Positions 1 through 19,269 of a stretch of DNA of 64,000 nt are shown in pieces. A program made the translations under genes and the position numbers. The first letter of the stretch is position 1, and every line of letters starts with the position of its first letter. Under the pieces are notes generated by a model that did not search any database, was not told the DNA's origin, and was given only the letters and a program-made list of their open reading frames with translations. Location of the stretch: the NCBI GenBank assembly GCA_964016885.1, contig OZ024742.1, positions 377,394,001 to 377,458,000 of the forward strand, given 5' to 3'. This DNA is from Eledone cirrhosa. Its lineage: Eukaryota.

Positions 1-3000
1 TAACTATATATTATATATATATATCAACATAACTGTATCTATATATTATTTATGAACATAACTGTAACTATATATTATATTATATATCAACATAACTGTA
101 ACTATATAATATATATTAACATAACTGTAACTAAATATTATATATCAACATAACTGTAACTATATATTATATTATATATCAACATAACTGTAACTATATA
201 TTATATATCAACATAACTGTAACTAGATATAATATATCAACATAACTGTAACTATATATTATATATCAACATAACTGTAACTATATAATAGATATCAACA
301 TAACTGTAACTATATATTATATTATATATCAACATAACTGTAACTATATATTATACATCAACATAACTGTAACTATATATTATATATCAACATAGCTGAA
401 ACTATATATTATATATCAACATAACTGTAACTATATATTATATTATATATCAACATAACTGTAACTATATATTATATTATATATCAACATAACTGTAACT
501 ATATAATATATATCAACTTAACTGTAACTATATATTATATATCAACATAACTGTAACTATATATTATACTATATATCAACATAACTGTAACTATATATTA
601 TATTATATATCAACATAACTGTAAATATATATTATATTATATATCAACATAACTGTAACTATATATTATATATCAACATAACTGTAACTATATATTATAT
701 ATCAACATAACTGTAACTATATATTATATATCAACATAACTGTAACTATATATTATATTATATATCAACATAACTGTAACTTTATATTATATTATATATC
801 ATCATAACTGTAACTATATATTATATTATATATCAACATAACTGTAACCATATATTATATATCAACATAATTGTAACTATATATCATATATCAACATAAC
901 TGTAACTATATATTATATATCAACATAACTGTAACTATGTATTATATATCAACATAATTGTAACTATATATTATATATCAACTTAACTGTAACTATATAT
1001 TACATATCAACATAACTGTAACTATATATTATATTATATATCAACATAACTGTAACTATATATTATATTATATATCAACATAACTGTAACTATATATTAT
1101 ATATCAACATAACTGTAACTATATATTATATATCAACATAACTGTAACTATATATTATATTATATATCAACATAACTGTAACTATATATTATATTATATA
1201 TCAACATAACTGTAACTATATATTATATATCAACATAACTGTAACTAAATATTATATATCCACATAGCTGTAACTATATATTATATATCAACATAACTGT
1301 AACTATATATTATATTATATATCAACATAACTGTAACGATATATCATATATCAACTTAACTGTAACTATATATTATATATCAACATACCTGTAAATATAT
1401 ATTATATTATATATCAACATAACTGTAACTATATATTATATTATATATCAACATAACTGTAACTATATATTATATATCAACATAACTGTAACTATATATT
1501 ATATATCAACATAACTGTAACTATATATTATATTATATATCATCATAACTGTAACTATATATTATATATCAACATAACTGTAACTATATATTATATATCA
1601 ACATAGCTGTAACTATATATTATATATCAACATAACTGTAACTATATATTATATTATATATCAACATAACTGTAACTATATATTATATATCAATTTAACT
1701 GTAACTATATATTATATATCAACATAACTGTAACTATATATTATATTATATATCAACATAACTGTAACCATATATTATATATCAACATAACTGTAACTAT
1801 ATATTATATATCAACTTAACTGTAACTATATATTATATATCAACATAACTGTAACTATATATTATATTATATATCAACATAACTGTAACTATATATTATA
1901 TATAAACATAACTGTAACTAGATATAATATATCAACATAACTGTAACTATATATTATATTATATATCAACATAACTGTAACCATATATTATATTATATAT
2001 CAACATAACTGTAACTATATATTATATATCAACATAGCTGTAACTATATATTATATATCAACATAACTGTAACTATACATTATATTATATATCAACATAA
2101 CTGTAACTATATATTATATATCAACTTAACTGTAACTATATATTATATATCAACATAACTGTAACTATATATTATATTATATATCAACATAACTGTAACT
2201 ATATACTATATATCAACATAACTGTAACAATATATTATATTATATATCAACATATATGTAACTATATATTATACATCAACTTAACTGTAACTATATATTA
2301 TATATCAACATAAATGTAACCCTATATTATATAATATATCAACATAACTGTAACTATATATTATATTATATATCAACATAACTGTAACTATATATTATAT
2401 ATCAACATAACTGTAACTATATATTATATATCAACATAACTGTAACTACATATTATATATCAACATAACTGTAACTATATATTATATTATATATCAACAT
2501 AACTGTAACTATATATTATATATCAACTTAACTGTAACTATATATTATATATCAACATAACTGTAACTATATATTATATTATATATCAACATAACTGTAA
2601 CTATATATTATATTATATATCAACATAACTGTAAATACATATTATATTATATATCAACATAACTGTAACTATATATTATATATCAACATAACTGTAACTA
2701 TATATTATATATCAACATAACTGTAACTATATATTATATTAAATATCAACATAACTGTAACTATATATTATATTATATATCATCATAACTGTAACTATAT
2801 ATTATATTATATATCAACATAACTGTAACCATATATTATATATCAACATAATTGTAACTATATATTATATATCAACATAACTGTAACTATATATTATATA
2901 TCAACATAACTGTAACTATATATTATATTATATATCAACATAACTGTAAATATATATTATATATCAACATAACTGTAACTAAATATTATATATCAACATA

Positions 3001-6000
3001 ATTCTAACTATATATTATATATCAACATAGCCGTAACTATATATTATATATCAAAATAACTGTAACTATATATTATATTATATATCAACATAACTGTAAC
3101 TATATATTATATATCAACATAGCTGTAACTATATATTATATATCAACATAACTGTAACAATATATTATATTATATATCAACATAACTGTAACTATATATT
3201 ATATTATATATCAACTTAACTGTAACTATATATTATATTATATATCAACATAACTGTAACTATATATTATATATCAACATAAGTGTAACTATGTATTATA
3301 TATCAACATAATTGTAACTATATATTATATATCAACTTAACTGTAACTATATATTACATATCAACATAACTGTAACTATATATTATATTATATATCAACA
3401 TAACTGTAACTATATATTATATATCAACATAACTGTAACTATATATTATATATCAACATAACTGTAACTATATATTATATATCAACATAACTGTAACTAT
3501 ATATTATATATCAACATAACTGTAACTATATATTATATTATATATCATCATAACTGTAACTATATATTATATATCAACATAGCTGTAACTATATATTATA
3601 TATCAACATAACTGTAACTATATATTATATTATATATCAACATAACTGTAACTATATATTATATATCAATTTAACTGTAACTATATATTATATATCAACA
3701 TAACTGTAACTATATATTATATTATATATCAACATAACTGTAACCATATATTATATATCAACATAACTGTAACTAGATATAATATATCAACATAACTGTA
3801 ACTATATATTATATTATATATCAACATAACTGTAACCATATATTATATTATATTATATATCAACATAACTGTAACTATATATTATATATCAACTTAACTG
3901 TAACTATATATTATATATCAACATAACTGTAACTATATATTATATTATATATCAACATAACTGTAACTATATATTATATTATATATCAACATAACTGTAA
4001 ATATATATTATATTATATATCAACATAACTATAACTATATATTATATATCAACATAACTGTAACTATATATTATATATCAACATACCTGTAAATATATAT
4101 TATATTATATATCAACATAACTGTAACTATATATTATATTATATATCAACATAACTGTAACTATATATTATATATCAACATAACTGTAACTATATATTAT
4201 ATATCAACATAACTGTAACTATATATTATATTATATATCAACATAACTGTAACCATATATTATATATCAACATAACTGTAACTATATATTATATATCAAC
4301 TTAACTGTAACTATATATTATATATCAACATAACTGTAACTATATATTATATTATATATCAACATAACTGTAACTATATATTATATATAAACATAACTGT
4401 AACTAGATATAATATATCAACATAACTGTAACTATATATTATATTATATATCAACATAACTCTAACCATATATTATATTATATTATATATCAACATAACT
4501 GTAACTATATATTATATATCAACATAGCTGTAACTATATATTATATATCAACATAACTGTAACAATATATTATATTATATATCAACATAAATGTAACTAT
4601 ATATTATATATCAACTTAACTGTAACAATATATTATATTATATATCAACATAACTGTAACCATATATTATATATCAACATAATTGTAACTATATATTATA
4701 TATCAACATAACTGTAACTATATATTATATATGAACATAGCTGTAACTATATATTATATTATATATCAACATAACTGTAACTATATATTATATATCAACA
4801 TAACTGTAACTAAATATTATATATCAACATAATTCTAACTATATATTATATATCATCATAGCCGTAACTATATATTATATATCAAAATAACTGTAACTAT
4901 ATATTATATATCAACTTAACTGTAACTACATATTATATATAAACATAACTGTAACTATATATTATATTATATATCAACATAACTGTAAATATATATTATA
5001 TATCAACTTAACTGTAACTACATATTATATATAAACATAACTGTAACTATATATTATATTATATATCAACGTAACTGTAACTATATATTATACATCAACA
5101 TAACTGTAACTATATATTATATATCCACATAGCTGTAACTATATATTATATATCAACATAACTGTAACTATATATTATATTATATATCAACATAACTGTA
5201 ACGATATATCATATATCAACTTAACTGTAACTATATATTATATATCAACATACCTGTAAATATATATTATATTATATATCAACATAACTGTAACTATATA
5301 TTATATTATATATCAACATAACTGTAACTATATATTATATATCAACATACCTGTAACTATATATTATATTATATATCATCATAACTGTGACTATATATTA
5401 TATATCAACATAACTGTAACTATATATTATATATCAACATAGCTGTAACTATATATTATATATCAACATAACTGTAACTATACATTATATTATATATCAA
5501 CATAACTGTAACTATATATTATATATCAACTTAACTGTAACTATATATTATATATCAACATAACTGTAACTATATATTATATTATATATCAACATAACTG
5601 TAACTATATACTATATATCAACATAACTGTAACTATATATTATATTATATATCAACATAACTGTAACTATATATTACATTATATATCAACATAACTGTAA
5701 CTATGTATTATATATCAACTTAACAGTAACTATATAATATATATCAACATAACTGCACCTGTATATTATATTATATATCAACATAACTGTAACTATATAT
5801 TATATATATATATCAACATAACTGTATCTATATATTATTTATGAACATAACTGTAACTATATATTATATTATATATCAACATAACTGTAACTATATAATA
5901 TATATTAACATAACTGTAACTAAATATTATATATCAACATAACTGTAACTATATATTATATTATATATCAACATAACTGTAACTATATATTATATATCAA

Positions 6001-9000
6001 CATAACTGTAACTAGATATAATATATCAACATAACTGTAACTATATATTATATATCAACATAACTGTAACTATATAATAGATATCAACATAACTGTAACT
6101 ATATATTATATTATATATCAACATAACTGTAACTATATATTATACATCAACATAACTGTAACTATATATTATATATCAACATAGCTGAAACTATATATTA
6201 TATATCAACATAACTGTAACTATATATTATATTATATATCAACATAACTGTAACTATATATTATATTATATATCAACATAACTGTAACTATATAATATAT
6301 ATCAACTTAACTGTAACTATATATTATATATCAACATAACTGTAACTATATATTATACTATATATCAACATAACTGTAACTATATATTATATTATATATC
6401 AACATAACTGTAAATATATATTATATTATATATCAACATAACTGTAACTATATATTATATATCAACATAACTGTAACTATATATTATATATCAACATAAC
6501 TGTAACTATATATTATATATCAACATAACTGTAACTATATATTATATTATATATCAACATAACTGTAACTTTATATTATATTATATATCATCATAACTGT
6601 AACTATATATTATATTATATATCAACATAACTGTAACCATATATTATATATCAACATAATTGTAACTATATATCATATATCAACATAACTGTAACTATAT
6701 ATTATATATCAACATAACTGTAACTATGTATTATATATCAACATAATTGTAACTATATATTATATATCAACTTAACTGTAACTATATATTACATATCAAC
6801 ATAACTGTAACTATATATTATATTATATATCAACATAACTGTAACTATATATTATATTATATATCAACATAACTGTAACTATATATTATATATCAACATA
6901 ACTGTAACTATATATTATATATCAACATAACTGTAACTATATATTATATTATATATCAACATAACTGTAACTATATATTATATTATATATCAACATAACT
7001 GTAACTATATATTATATATCAACATAACTGTAACTAAATATTATATATCCACATAGCTGTAACTATATATTATATATCAACATAACTGTAACTATATATT
7101 ATATTATATATCAACATAACTGTAACGATATATCATATATCAACTTAACTGTAACTATATATTATATATCAACATACCTGTAAATATATATTATATTATA
7201 TATCAACATAACTGTAACTATATATTATATTATATATCAACATAACTGTAACTATATATTATATATCAACATAACTGTAACTATATATTATATATCAACA
7301 TAACTGTAACTATATATTATATTATATATCATCATAACTGTAACTATATATTATATATCAACATAACTGTAACTATATATTATATATCAACATAGCTGTA
7401 ACTATATATTATATATCAACATAACTGTAACTATATATTATATTATATATCAACATAACTGTAACTATATATTATATATCAATTTAACTGTAACTATATA
7501 TTATATATCAACATAACTGTAACTATATATTATATTATATATCAACATAACTGTAACCATATATTATATATCAACATAACTGTAACTATATATTATATAT
7601 CAACTTAACTGTAACTATATATTATATATCAACATAACTGTAACTATATATTATATTATATATCAACATAACTGTAACTATATATTATATATAAACATAA
7701 CTGTAACTAGATATAATATATCAACATAACTGTAACTATATATTATATTATATATCAACATAACTGTAACCATATATTATATTATATATCAACATAACTG
7801 TAACTATATATTATATATCAACATAGCTGTAACTATATATTATATATCAACATAACTGTAACTATACATTATATTATATATCAACATAACTGTAACTATA
7901 TATTATATATCAACTTAACTGTAACTATATATTATATATCAACATAACTGTAACTATATATTATATTATATATCAACATAACTGTAACTATATACTATAT
8001 ATCAACATAACTGTAACAATATATTATATTATATATCAACATATATGTAACTATATATTATACATCAACTTAACTGTAACTATATATTATATATCAACAT
8101 AAATGTAACCCTATATTATATAATATATCAACATAACTGTAACTATATATTATATTATATATCAACATAACTGTAACTATATATTATATATCAACATAAC
8201 TGTAACTATATATTATATATCAACATAACTGTAACTACATATTATATATCAACATAACTGTAACTATATATTATATTATATATCAACATAACTGTAACTA
8301 TATATTATATATCAACTTAACTGTAACTATATATTATATATCAACATAACTGTAACTATATATTATATTATATATCAACATAACTGTAACTATATATTAT
8401 ATTATATATCAACATAACTGTAAATACATATTATATTATATATCAACATAACTGTAACTATATATTATATATCAACATAACTGTAACTATATATTATATA
8501 TCAACATAACTGTAACTATATATTATATTAAATATCAACATAACTGTAACTATATATTATATTATATATCATCATAACTGTAACTATATATTATATTATA
8601 TATCAACATAACTGTAACCATATATTATATATCAACATAATTGTAACTATATATTATATATCAACATAACTGTAACTATATATTATATATCAACATAACT
8701 GTAACTATATATTATATTATATATCAACATAACTGTAAATATATATTATATATCAACATAACTGTAACTAAATATTATATATCAACATAATTCTAACTAT
8801 ATATTATATATCAACATAGCCGTAACTATATATTATATATCAAAATAACTGTAACTATATATTATATTATATATCAACATAACTGTAACTATATATTATA
8901 TATCAACATAGCTGTAACTATATATTATATATCAACATAACTGTAACAATATATTATATTATATATCAACATAACTGTAACTATATATTATATTATATAT

Positions 9001-10860
9001 CAACTTAACTGTAACTATATATTATATTATATATCAACATAACTGTAACTATATATTATATATCAACATAAGTGTAACTATGTATTATATATCAACATAA
9101 TTGTAACTATATATTATATATCAACTTAACTGTAACTATATATTACATATCAACATAACTGTAACTATATATTATATTATATATCAACATAACTGTAACT
9201 ATATATTATATATCAACATAACTGTAACTATATATTATATATCAACATAACTGTAACTATATATTATATATCAACATAACTGTAACTATATATTATATAT
9301 CAACATAACTGTAACTATATATTATATTATATATCATCATAACTGTAACTATATATTATATATCAACATAGCTGTAACTATATATTATATATCAACATAA
9401 CTGTAACTATATATTATATTATATATCAACATAACTGTAACTATATATTATATATCAATTTAACTGTAACTATATATTATATATCAACATAACTGTAACT
9501 ATATATTATATTATATATCAACATAACTGTAACCATATATTATATATCAACATAACTGTAACTAGATATAATATATCAACATAACTGTAACTATATATTA
9601 TATTATATATCAACATAACTGTAACCATATATTATATTATATTATATATCAACATAACTGTAACTATATATTATATATCAACATAGCTGTAACTATATAT
9701 TATATATCAACATAACTGTAACAATATATTATATTATATATCAACATAAATGTAACTATATATTATATATCAACTTAACTGTAACTATATATTATATTAT
9801 ATATCAACATAACTGTAACCATATATTATATATCAACATAATTGTAACTATATATTATATATCAACATAACTGTAACTATATATTATATATGAACATAGC
9901 TGTAACTATATATTATATTATATATCAACATAACTGTAACTATATATTATATATCAACATAACTGTAACTAAATATTATATATCAACATAATTCTAACTA
10001 TATATTATATATCATCATAGCCGTAACTATATATTATATATCAAAATAACTGTAACTATATATTATATATCAACTTAACTGTAACTACATATTATATATA
10101 AACATAACTGTAACTATATATTATATTATATATCAACATAACTGTAACTATATATTATATATCAACTTAACTGTAACTACATATTATATATAAACATAAC
10201 TGTAACTATATATTATATTATATATCAACATAACTGTAACTATATATTATATATCAACATAACTGTAACTATATATTATATATCCACATAGCTGTAACTA
10301 TATATTATATATCAACATAACTGTAACTATATATTATATTATATATCAACATAACTGTAACGATATATCATATATCAACTTAACTGTAACTATATATTAT
10401 ATATCAACATACCTGTAAATATATATTATATTATATATCAACATAACTGTAACTATATATTATATTATATATCAACATAACTGTAACTATATATTATATA
10501 TCAACATAGCTGTAACTATATATTATATATCAACATAACTGTAACTATACATTATATTATATATCAACATAACTGTAACTATATATTATATATCAACTTA
10601 ACTGTAACTATATATTATATATCAACATAACTGTAACTATATATTATATTATATATCAACATAACTGTAACTATATACTATATATCAACATAACTGTAAC
10701 TATATATTATATTATATATCAACATAACTGTAACTATATATTACATTATATATCAACATAACTGTAACTATGTATTATATATCAACTTAACAGTAACTAT
10801 ATAATATATATCAATATAACTGCACCTGTATATTATATTATATATCAACATAACTGTAAC
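1..10860. repeat. Higher-order tandem duplication with a 5,789-bp first unit; second copy shortened to 5,067 bp by internal deletions
   Basis: Rare markers recur at +5,789: C of TGTATCT 39/5828, CATAGCTGAA 391/6180, CATATATGTA 2251/8040, AAGTG 3281/9070. The offset then drops to 5,159 (ATGAACATAG 4731/9890) and 5,067 (TGCACC 5754/10821). Confidence 0.9.
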
Positions 10861-13800
10861 TATATATTATATATATATATCAACATAACTGTATCTATAT
10901 ATTATTTATGAACATAACTGTAACTATATATTATATTATATATCAACATAACTGTAACTATATATTATATATTAACATAACTGTAACTATATATTATATA
11001 TCAACATAACTGTAACTATATAATAGATATCAACATAACTGTAACTATATATTATATTATATATCAACATAACTGTAACTATATATTATACATCAACATA
11101 ACTGTAACTATATATTATATATCAACATAGCTGAAACTATATATTATATATCAACATAACTGTAACTATATATTATATTATATATCAACATAACTGTAAC
11201 TATATATTATATTATATATCAACATAACTGTAACTATATAATATATATCAACTTAACTGTAACTATATATTATATATCAACATAACTGTAACTATATATT
11301 ATACTATATATCAACATAACTGTAACTATATATTATATTATATATCAACATAACTGTAAATATATATTATATTATATATCAACATAACTGTAACTATATA
11401 TTATATATCAACATAACTGTAACTATATATTATATATCAACATAACTGTAACTATATATTATATATCAACATAACTGTAACTATATATTATATTATATAT
11501 CAACATAACTGTAACTTTATATTATATTATATATCATCATAACTGTAACTATATATTATATTATATATCAACATAACTGTAACCATATATTATATATCAA
11601 CATAATTGTAACTATATATCATATATCAACATAACTGTAACTATATATTATATATCAACATAACTGTAACTATGTATTATGTATCAACATAATTGTAACT
11701 ATATATTATATATCAACTTAACTGTAACTATATATTACATATCAACATAACTGTAACTATATATTATATTATATATCAACATAACTGTAACTATATATTA
11801 TATTATATATCAACATAACTGTAACTATATATTATATATCAACATAACTGTAACTATATATTATATATCAACATAACTGTAACTATATATTATATTATAT
11901 ATCAACATAACTGTAACTATATATTATATATCAACATAACTGTAACTATATATTATATATCAACATAACTGTAACTAAATATTATATATCCACATAGCTG
12001 TAACTATATATTATATATCAACATAACTGTAACTATATATTATATTATATATCAACATAACTGTAACGATATATCATATATCAACTTAACAGTAACTATA
12101 TATTATATATCAACATACCTGTCAATATATATTATATTATATATCAACATAACTGTAACTATATATTATATTATATATCAACATAACTGTAACTATATAT
12201 TATATATCAACATAACTGTAACTATATATTATATATCAACATAACTGTAACTATATATTATATTATATATCATCATAACTGTAACTATATATTATATATC
12301 AACATAACTGTAACTATATATTATATATCCACATAGCTGTAACTATATATTATATATCAACATAACTGTAACTATATATTATATTATATATCAACATAAC
12401 TGTAACGATATATCATATATCAACTTAACTGTAACTATATATTATATATCAACATACCTGTAAATATATATTATATTATATATCAACATAACTGTAACTA
12501 TATATTATATTATATATCAACATAACTGTAACTATATATTATATATCAACATAGCTGTAACTATATATTATATATCAACATAACTGTAACTATACATTAT
12601 ATTATATATCAACATAACTGTAACTATATATTATATATCAACTTAACTGTAACTATATATTATATATCAACATAACTGTAACTATATATTATATTATATA
12701 TCAACATAACTGTAACTATATACTATATATCAACATAACTGTAACTATATATTATATTATATATCAACATAACTGTAACTATATATTACATTATATATCA
12801 ACATAACTGTAACTATGTATTATATATCAACTTAACAGTAACTATATAATATATATCAATATAACTGCACCTGTATATTATATTATATATCAACATAACT
12901 GTAACTATATATTATATATATATATCAACATAACTGTATCTATATATTATTTATGAACATAACTGTAACTATATATTATATTATATATCAACATAACTGT
13001 AACTATATATTATATATTAACATAACTGTAACTATATATTATATATCAACATAACTGTAACTATATAATAGATATCAACATAACTGTAACTATATATTAT
13101 ATTATATATCAACATAACTGTAACTATATATTATACATCAACATAACTGTAACTATATATTATATATCAACATAGCTGAAACTATATATTATATATCAAC
13201 ATAACTGTAACTATATATTATATTATATATCAACATAACTGTAACTATATATTATATTATATATCAACATAACTGTAACTATATAATATATATCAACTTA
13301 ACTGTAACTATATATTATATATCAACATAACTGTAACTATATATTATACTATATATCAACATAACTGTAACTATATATTATATTATATATCAACATAACT
13401 GTAAATATATATTATATTATATATCAACATAACTGTAACTATATATTATATATCAACATAACTGTAACTATATATTATATATCAACATAACTGTAACTAT
13501 ATATTATATATCAACATAACTGTAACTATATATTATATTATATATCAACATAACTGTAACTTTATATTATATTATATATCATCATAACTGTAACTATATA
13601 TTATATTATATATCAACATAACTGTAACCATATATTATATATCAACATAATTGTAACTATATATCATATATCAACATAACTGTAACTATATATTATATAT
13701 CAACATAACTGTAACTATGTATTATGTATCAACATAATTGTAACTATATATTATATATCAACTTAACTGTAACTATATATTACATATCAACATAACTGTA

Positions 13801-14370
13801 ACTATATATTATATTATATATCAACATAACTGTAACTATATATTATATTATATATCAACATAACTGTAACTATATATTATATATCAACATAACTGTAACT
13901 ATATATTATATATCAACATAACTGTAACTATATATTATATTATATATCAACATAACTGTAACTATATATTATATATCAACATAACTGTAACTATATATTA
14001 TATATCAACATAACTGTAACTAAATATTATATATCCACATAGCTGTAACTATATATTATATATCAACATAACTGTAACTATATATTATATTATATATCAA
14101 CATAACTGTAACGATATATCATATATCAACTTAACAGTAACTATATATTATATATCAACATACCTGTCAATATATATTATATTATATATCAACATAACTG
14201 TAACTATATATTATATTATATATCAACATAACTGTAACTATATATTATATATCAACATAACTGTAACTATATATTATATATCAACATAACTGTAACTATA
14301 TATTATATTATATATCATCATAACTGTAACTATATATTATATATCAACATAACTGTAACTATATATTATA
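10260..14370. repeat. 2,045-bp near-identical tandem duplication within the satellite
   Basis: Markers recur at +2,045: CCACATAG 10284/12329, TGCACC 10821/12866, G of TATGTATC 11681/13726, GTCAAT 12121/14166. Confidence 0.9.
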
Positions 14371-17300
14371 TATCAACATAGCTGTAACTATATATTATAT
14401 ATCAACATAACTGTAAATATATATTATATTATATATCAACATAACTGTAACTATATATTATATATCAACTTAACTGTAACTATATATTATATATCAACAT
14501 AACTGTAACTATATATTATATTATATATCAACATAACTGTAACCATATATTATATATCAACATAACTGTAACTATATATTATATATCAACTTAACTGTAA
14601 CTATATATTATATATCAACATAACTGTAACTATATATTATATTATATATCAACATAACTGTAACTATATATTATATATAAACATAACTGTAACTAGATAT
14701 AATATATCAACATAACTGTAACTATATATTATATTATATATCAACATAATTGTAACCATACATTATATTATATATCAACATAACTGTAACTATATATTAT
14801 ATATCAACATAGCTGTAACTATATATTATATATCAACATAACTGTAACTATACATTATATTATATATCAACATAACTGTAACTATATATTATATATCAAC
14901 TTAACTGTAACTATATATTATATATCAACATAACTGTAACTATATATTATATTATATATCAACATAACTGTAACTATATACTATATATCAACATAACTGT
15001 AACAATATATTATATTATATATCAACATATATGTAACTATATATTATACATCAACTTAACTGTAACTATATATTATATATCAACATAAATGTAACCCTAT
15101 ATTATATAATATATCAACATAACTGTAACTATATATTATATTATATATCAACATAACTGTAACTATATATTATATATCAACATAACTGTAACTATATATT
15201 ATATATCAACATAACTGTAACTACATATTATATATCAACATAACTGTAACTATATATTATATTATATATCAACATAACTGTAACTATATATTATATATCA
15301 ACTTAACTGTAACTATATATTATATATCAACATAACTGTAACTATATATTATATTATATATCAACATAACTGTAACTATATATTATATTATATATCAACA
15401 TAACTGTAAATATATATTATATTATATATCAACATAACTGTAACTATATATTATATATCAACATAACTGTAACTATATATTATATATCAACATAACTGTA
15501 ACTATATATTATATTATATATCAACATAACTGTAACTATATATTATATATCAACATAGCTGTAACTATATATTATATATCAACATAACTGTAACAATATA
15601 TTATATTATATATCAACATAACTGTAACTATATATTATATATCAACTTAACTGTAACTATATATTATATATCAACTTAACTGTAACTATATATTATATAT
15701 CAACATAACTGTAACTATATATTATATTATATATCAACATAACTGTAACTATATATTATATTATATATCATCATAACTGTAACTATATATTATATTATAT
15801 ATCAACATAACTGTAACCATATATTATATATCAACATAATTGTAACTATATATTATATATCAACATAACTGTAACTATATATTATATATCAACATAACTG
15901 TAACTATATATTATATTATATATCAACATAACTGTAACTATATATTATATATCAACATAACTGTAACTAAATTTTATATATCAACATAATTCTAACTATA
16001 TATTATATATCAACATAGCCGTAACTATATATTATATATCAAAATAACTGTAACTATATATTATATTATATATCAACATAACTGTAACTATATATTATAT
16101 ATCAACATAGCTGTAACTATATATTATATATCAACATAACTGTAACAATATATTATATTATATATCAACATAACTGTAACTATATATTATATTATATATC
16201 AACATAACTGTAACTATATATTATATATCAACATAAGTGTAACTATGTATTATATATCGACATAATTGTAACTATATATTATATATCAACTTAACTGTAA
16301 CTATATATTACATATCAACATAACTGTAACTATATATTATATTATATATCAACATAACTGTAACTATATATTATATATCAACATAACTGTAACTATATAT
16401 TATATATCAACATAACTGTAACTATATATTATATATCAACATAACTGTAACTATATATTATATATCAACATAACTGTAACTATATATTATATTATATATC
16501 AACATAACTGTAACTATATATTATATATCAACATAACTGTAACTATATATTATATATCAACTTAACTGTAACTATATATTATATATCAACATAACTGTAA
16601 CTATATATTATATTATATATCAACATAACTGTAACTATATATTATATATAAACATAACTGTAACTAGATATAATATATCAACATAACTGTAACTATATAT
16701 TATATTATATATCAACATAACTGTAACCATATATTATATTATATATCAACATAACTGTAACTATATATTATATATCAACATAGCTGTAACTATATGTTAT
16801 ATATCAACATAACTGTACCAATATATTATATTATATATCAACATATATGTAACTATATATTATATATCAACTTAACTGTAACTATATATTTTATATCAAC
16901 ATAAATGTAACCCTATATTATATAATATATCAACATAACTGTAACTATATATTATATTATATATCAACATAACTGTAACTATATATTATATATCAACATA
17001 ACTGTAACTATATATTATATATCAACATAACTGTAACTATATATTATATTATATATCAACATAACTGTAACTATATATTATATATCAACTTAACTGTAAC
17101 TATATATTATATATCAACATAACTGTAACTATATATTATATTATATATCAACATAACTGTAACTATATATTATATTATATATCAACATAACTGTAAATAT
17201 ATATTATATTATATATCAAAATAACTGTAACTATATATTATATATCAACATAACTGTAACTATATATTATATATCAACATAACTGTAACTATATATTATA

Positions 17301-19269
17301 TATCAACATAACTGTAACTATATATTATATTATATATCAACATAACTGTAACTACATATTATATTATATATCAACATAACTGTAACTATATATTATATAT
17401 CAACTTAACTGTAACTATATATTATATATCAACATAACTGTAACTATATATTATATTATATATCAGCATAACTGTAAATATATATTATATTATATATCAA
17501 CATAACTGTAACTATATATTATATATCAACATAACTGTAACTATATATTATATATCAACATAACTGTAACTATATATTATATATCAACATAACTGTAACT
17601 ATATATTATATTAAATATCAACATAACTGTAACTATATATTATATTATATATCATCATAACTGTAACTATATATTATATTATATATCGACATAACTGTAA
17701 CAATATATTATATATCAACATAATTGTAACTATATATTATATATCAACATAACTGTAACTATATATTATATATCAACATAACTGTAACTATATATTATAT
17801 TATATATCAACATAAATGTAACTATATATTATATATAAACATAACTGTAACTAAATATTATATATCAACATAATTCTAACTATATATTATATATAAACAT
17901 AGCCGTAACTATATATTATATATCAAAATAACTGTAACTATATATTATATTATATATCAACTTAACTGTAACTATATATTATATATCAACATAGCTGTAA
18001 CTATATATTATATATCAACATAACTGTAACAATATATTATATTATATATCAAAATAAATGTAACTATATATTATATATCAACTTAAATGTAACTATATAT
18101 TATATATCAACATAACTGTAACCCTATATTATATTATATATCAACATATCTGTAACTATATATTATATTATATATCAACATACCTTTAACTATATATTAT
18201 ATATCAACATAACTGTAACTATATATTATATTATATATCAACATAACTGTAACTATATATTATATATCAACTTAACTGTAACTATATATTATATATCAAC
18301 ATAACTGTAACTATATATTATATTATATATCAACATAACTGTAACTATATATTATATTATATATCAACATAACTGTAAATATATATTATATTATATATCA
18401 ACATAACTGTAACTATATATTATATATCAACATAACTGTAACAATATATTATATATCAATATAACTGTAACTATATATTATATTAAATATCAACATAACT
18501 GTAACTATATATTATATTATATATCAACATAACTGTCACTATATATTATATATCAACATAACTGTAACTAAATATTATATATCCACATAGCTGTAACTAT
18601 ATATTATATATCAACATAACTGTAACTATATATTATATTATATATCAACATAACTGTAACTATATATTATATATCAACTTAACTGTAACTATATATTATA
18701 TATCAACATAACTGTAACTATATATTATATTATATATCAACATAACTGTAAATATATATTATATTATATATCATCATAACTGTAACTATATATTATATTA
18801 TATATCAACATAACTGTAACCATATATTATATATCAACATAATTGTAACTATATATTATATATCAAAATAACTGTAACTATATATTATATATCAACATAA
18901 CTGTAACTATATATTATTTTATATATCAACATAACTGTAACTATATATTATATATCAACATAACTGTAACTAAATATTATATATCCACATAGCTGTAACT
19001 ATATATTATATATCAACATAACTGTAACTATATATTATATTATATATCAACATAACTGTAACGATATATCATATATCAACTTAACTGTAACTATATATTA
19101 TATATCAACATACCTGTAAATATATATTATATTATATATCAACATAACTGTAACTATATATTATATTATATATCAACATAACTGTAACTATATATTATAT
19201 ATCAACATAACTGTAACTATATATTATATATCAACATAACTGTAACTATATATTATATTATATATCATC

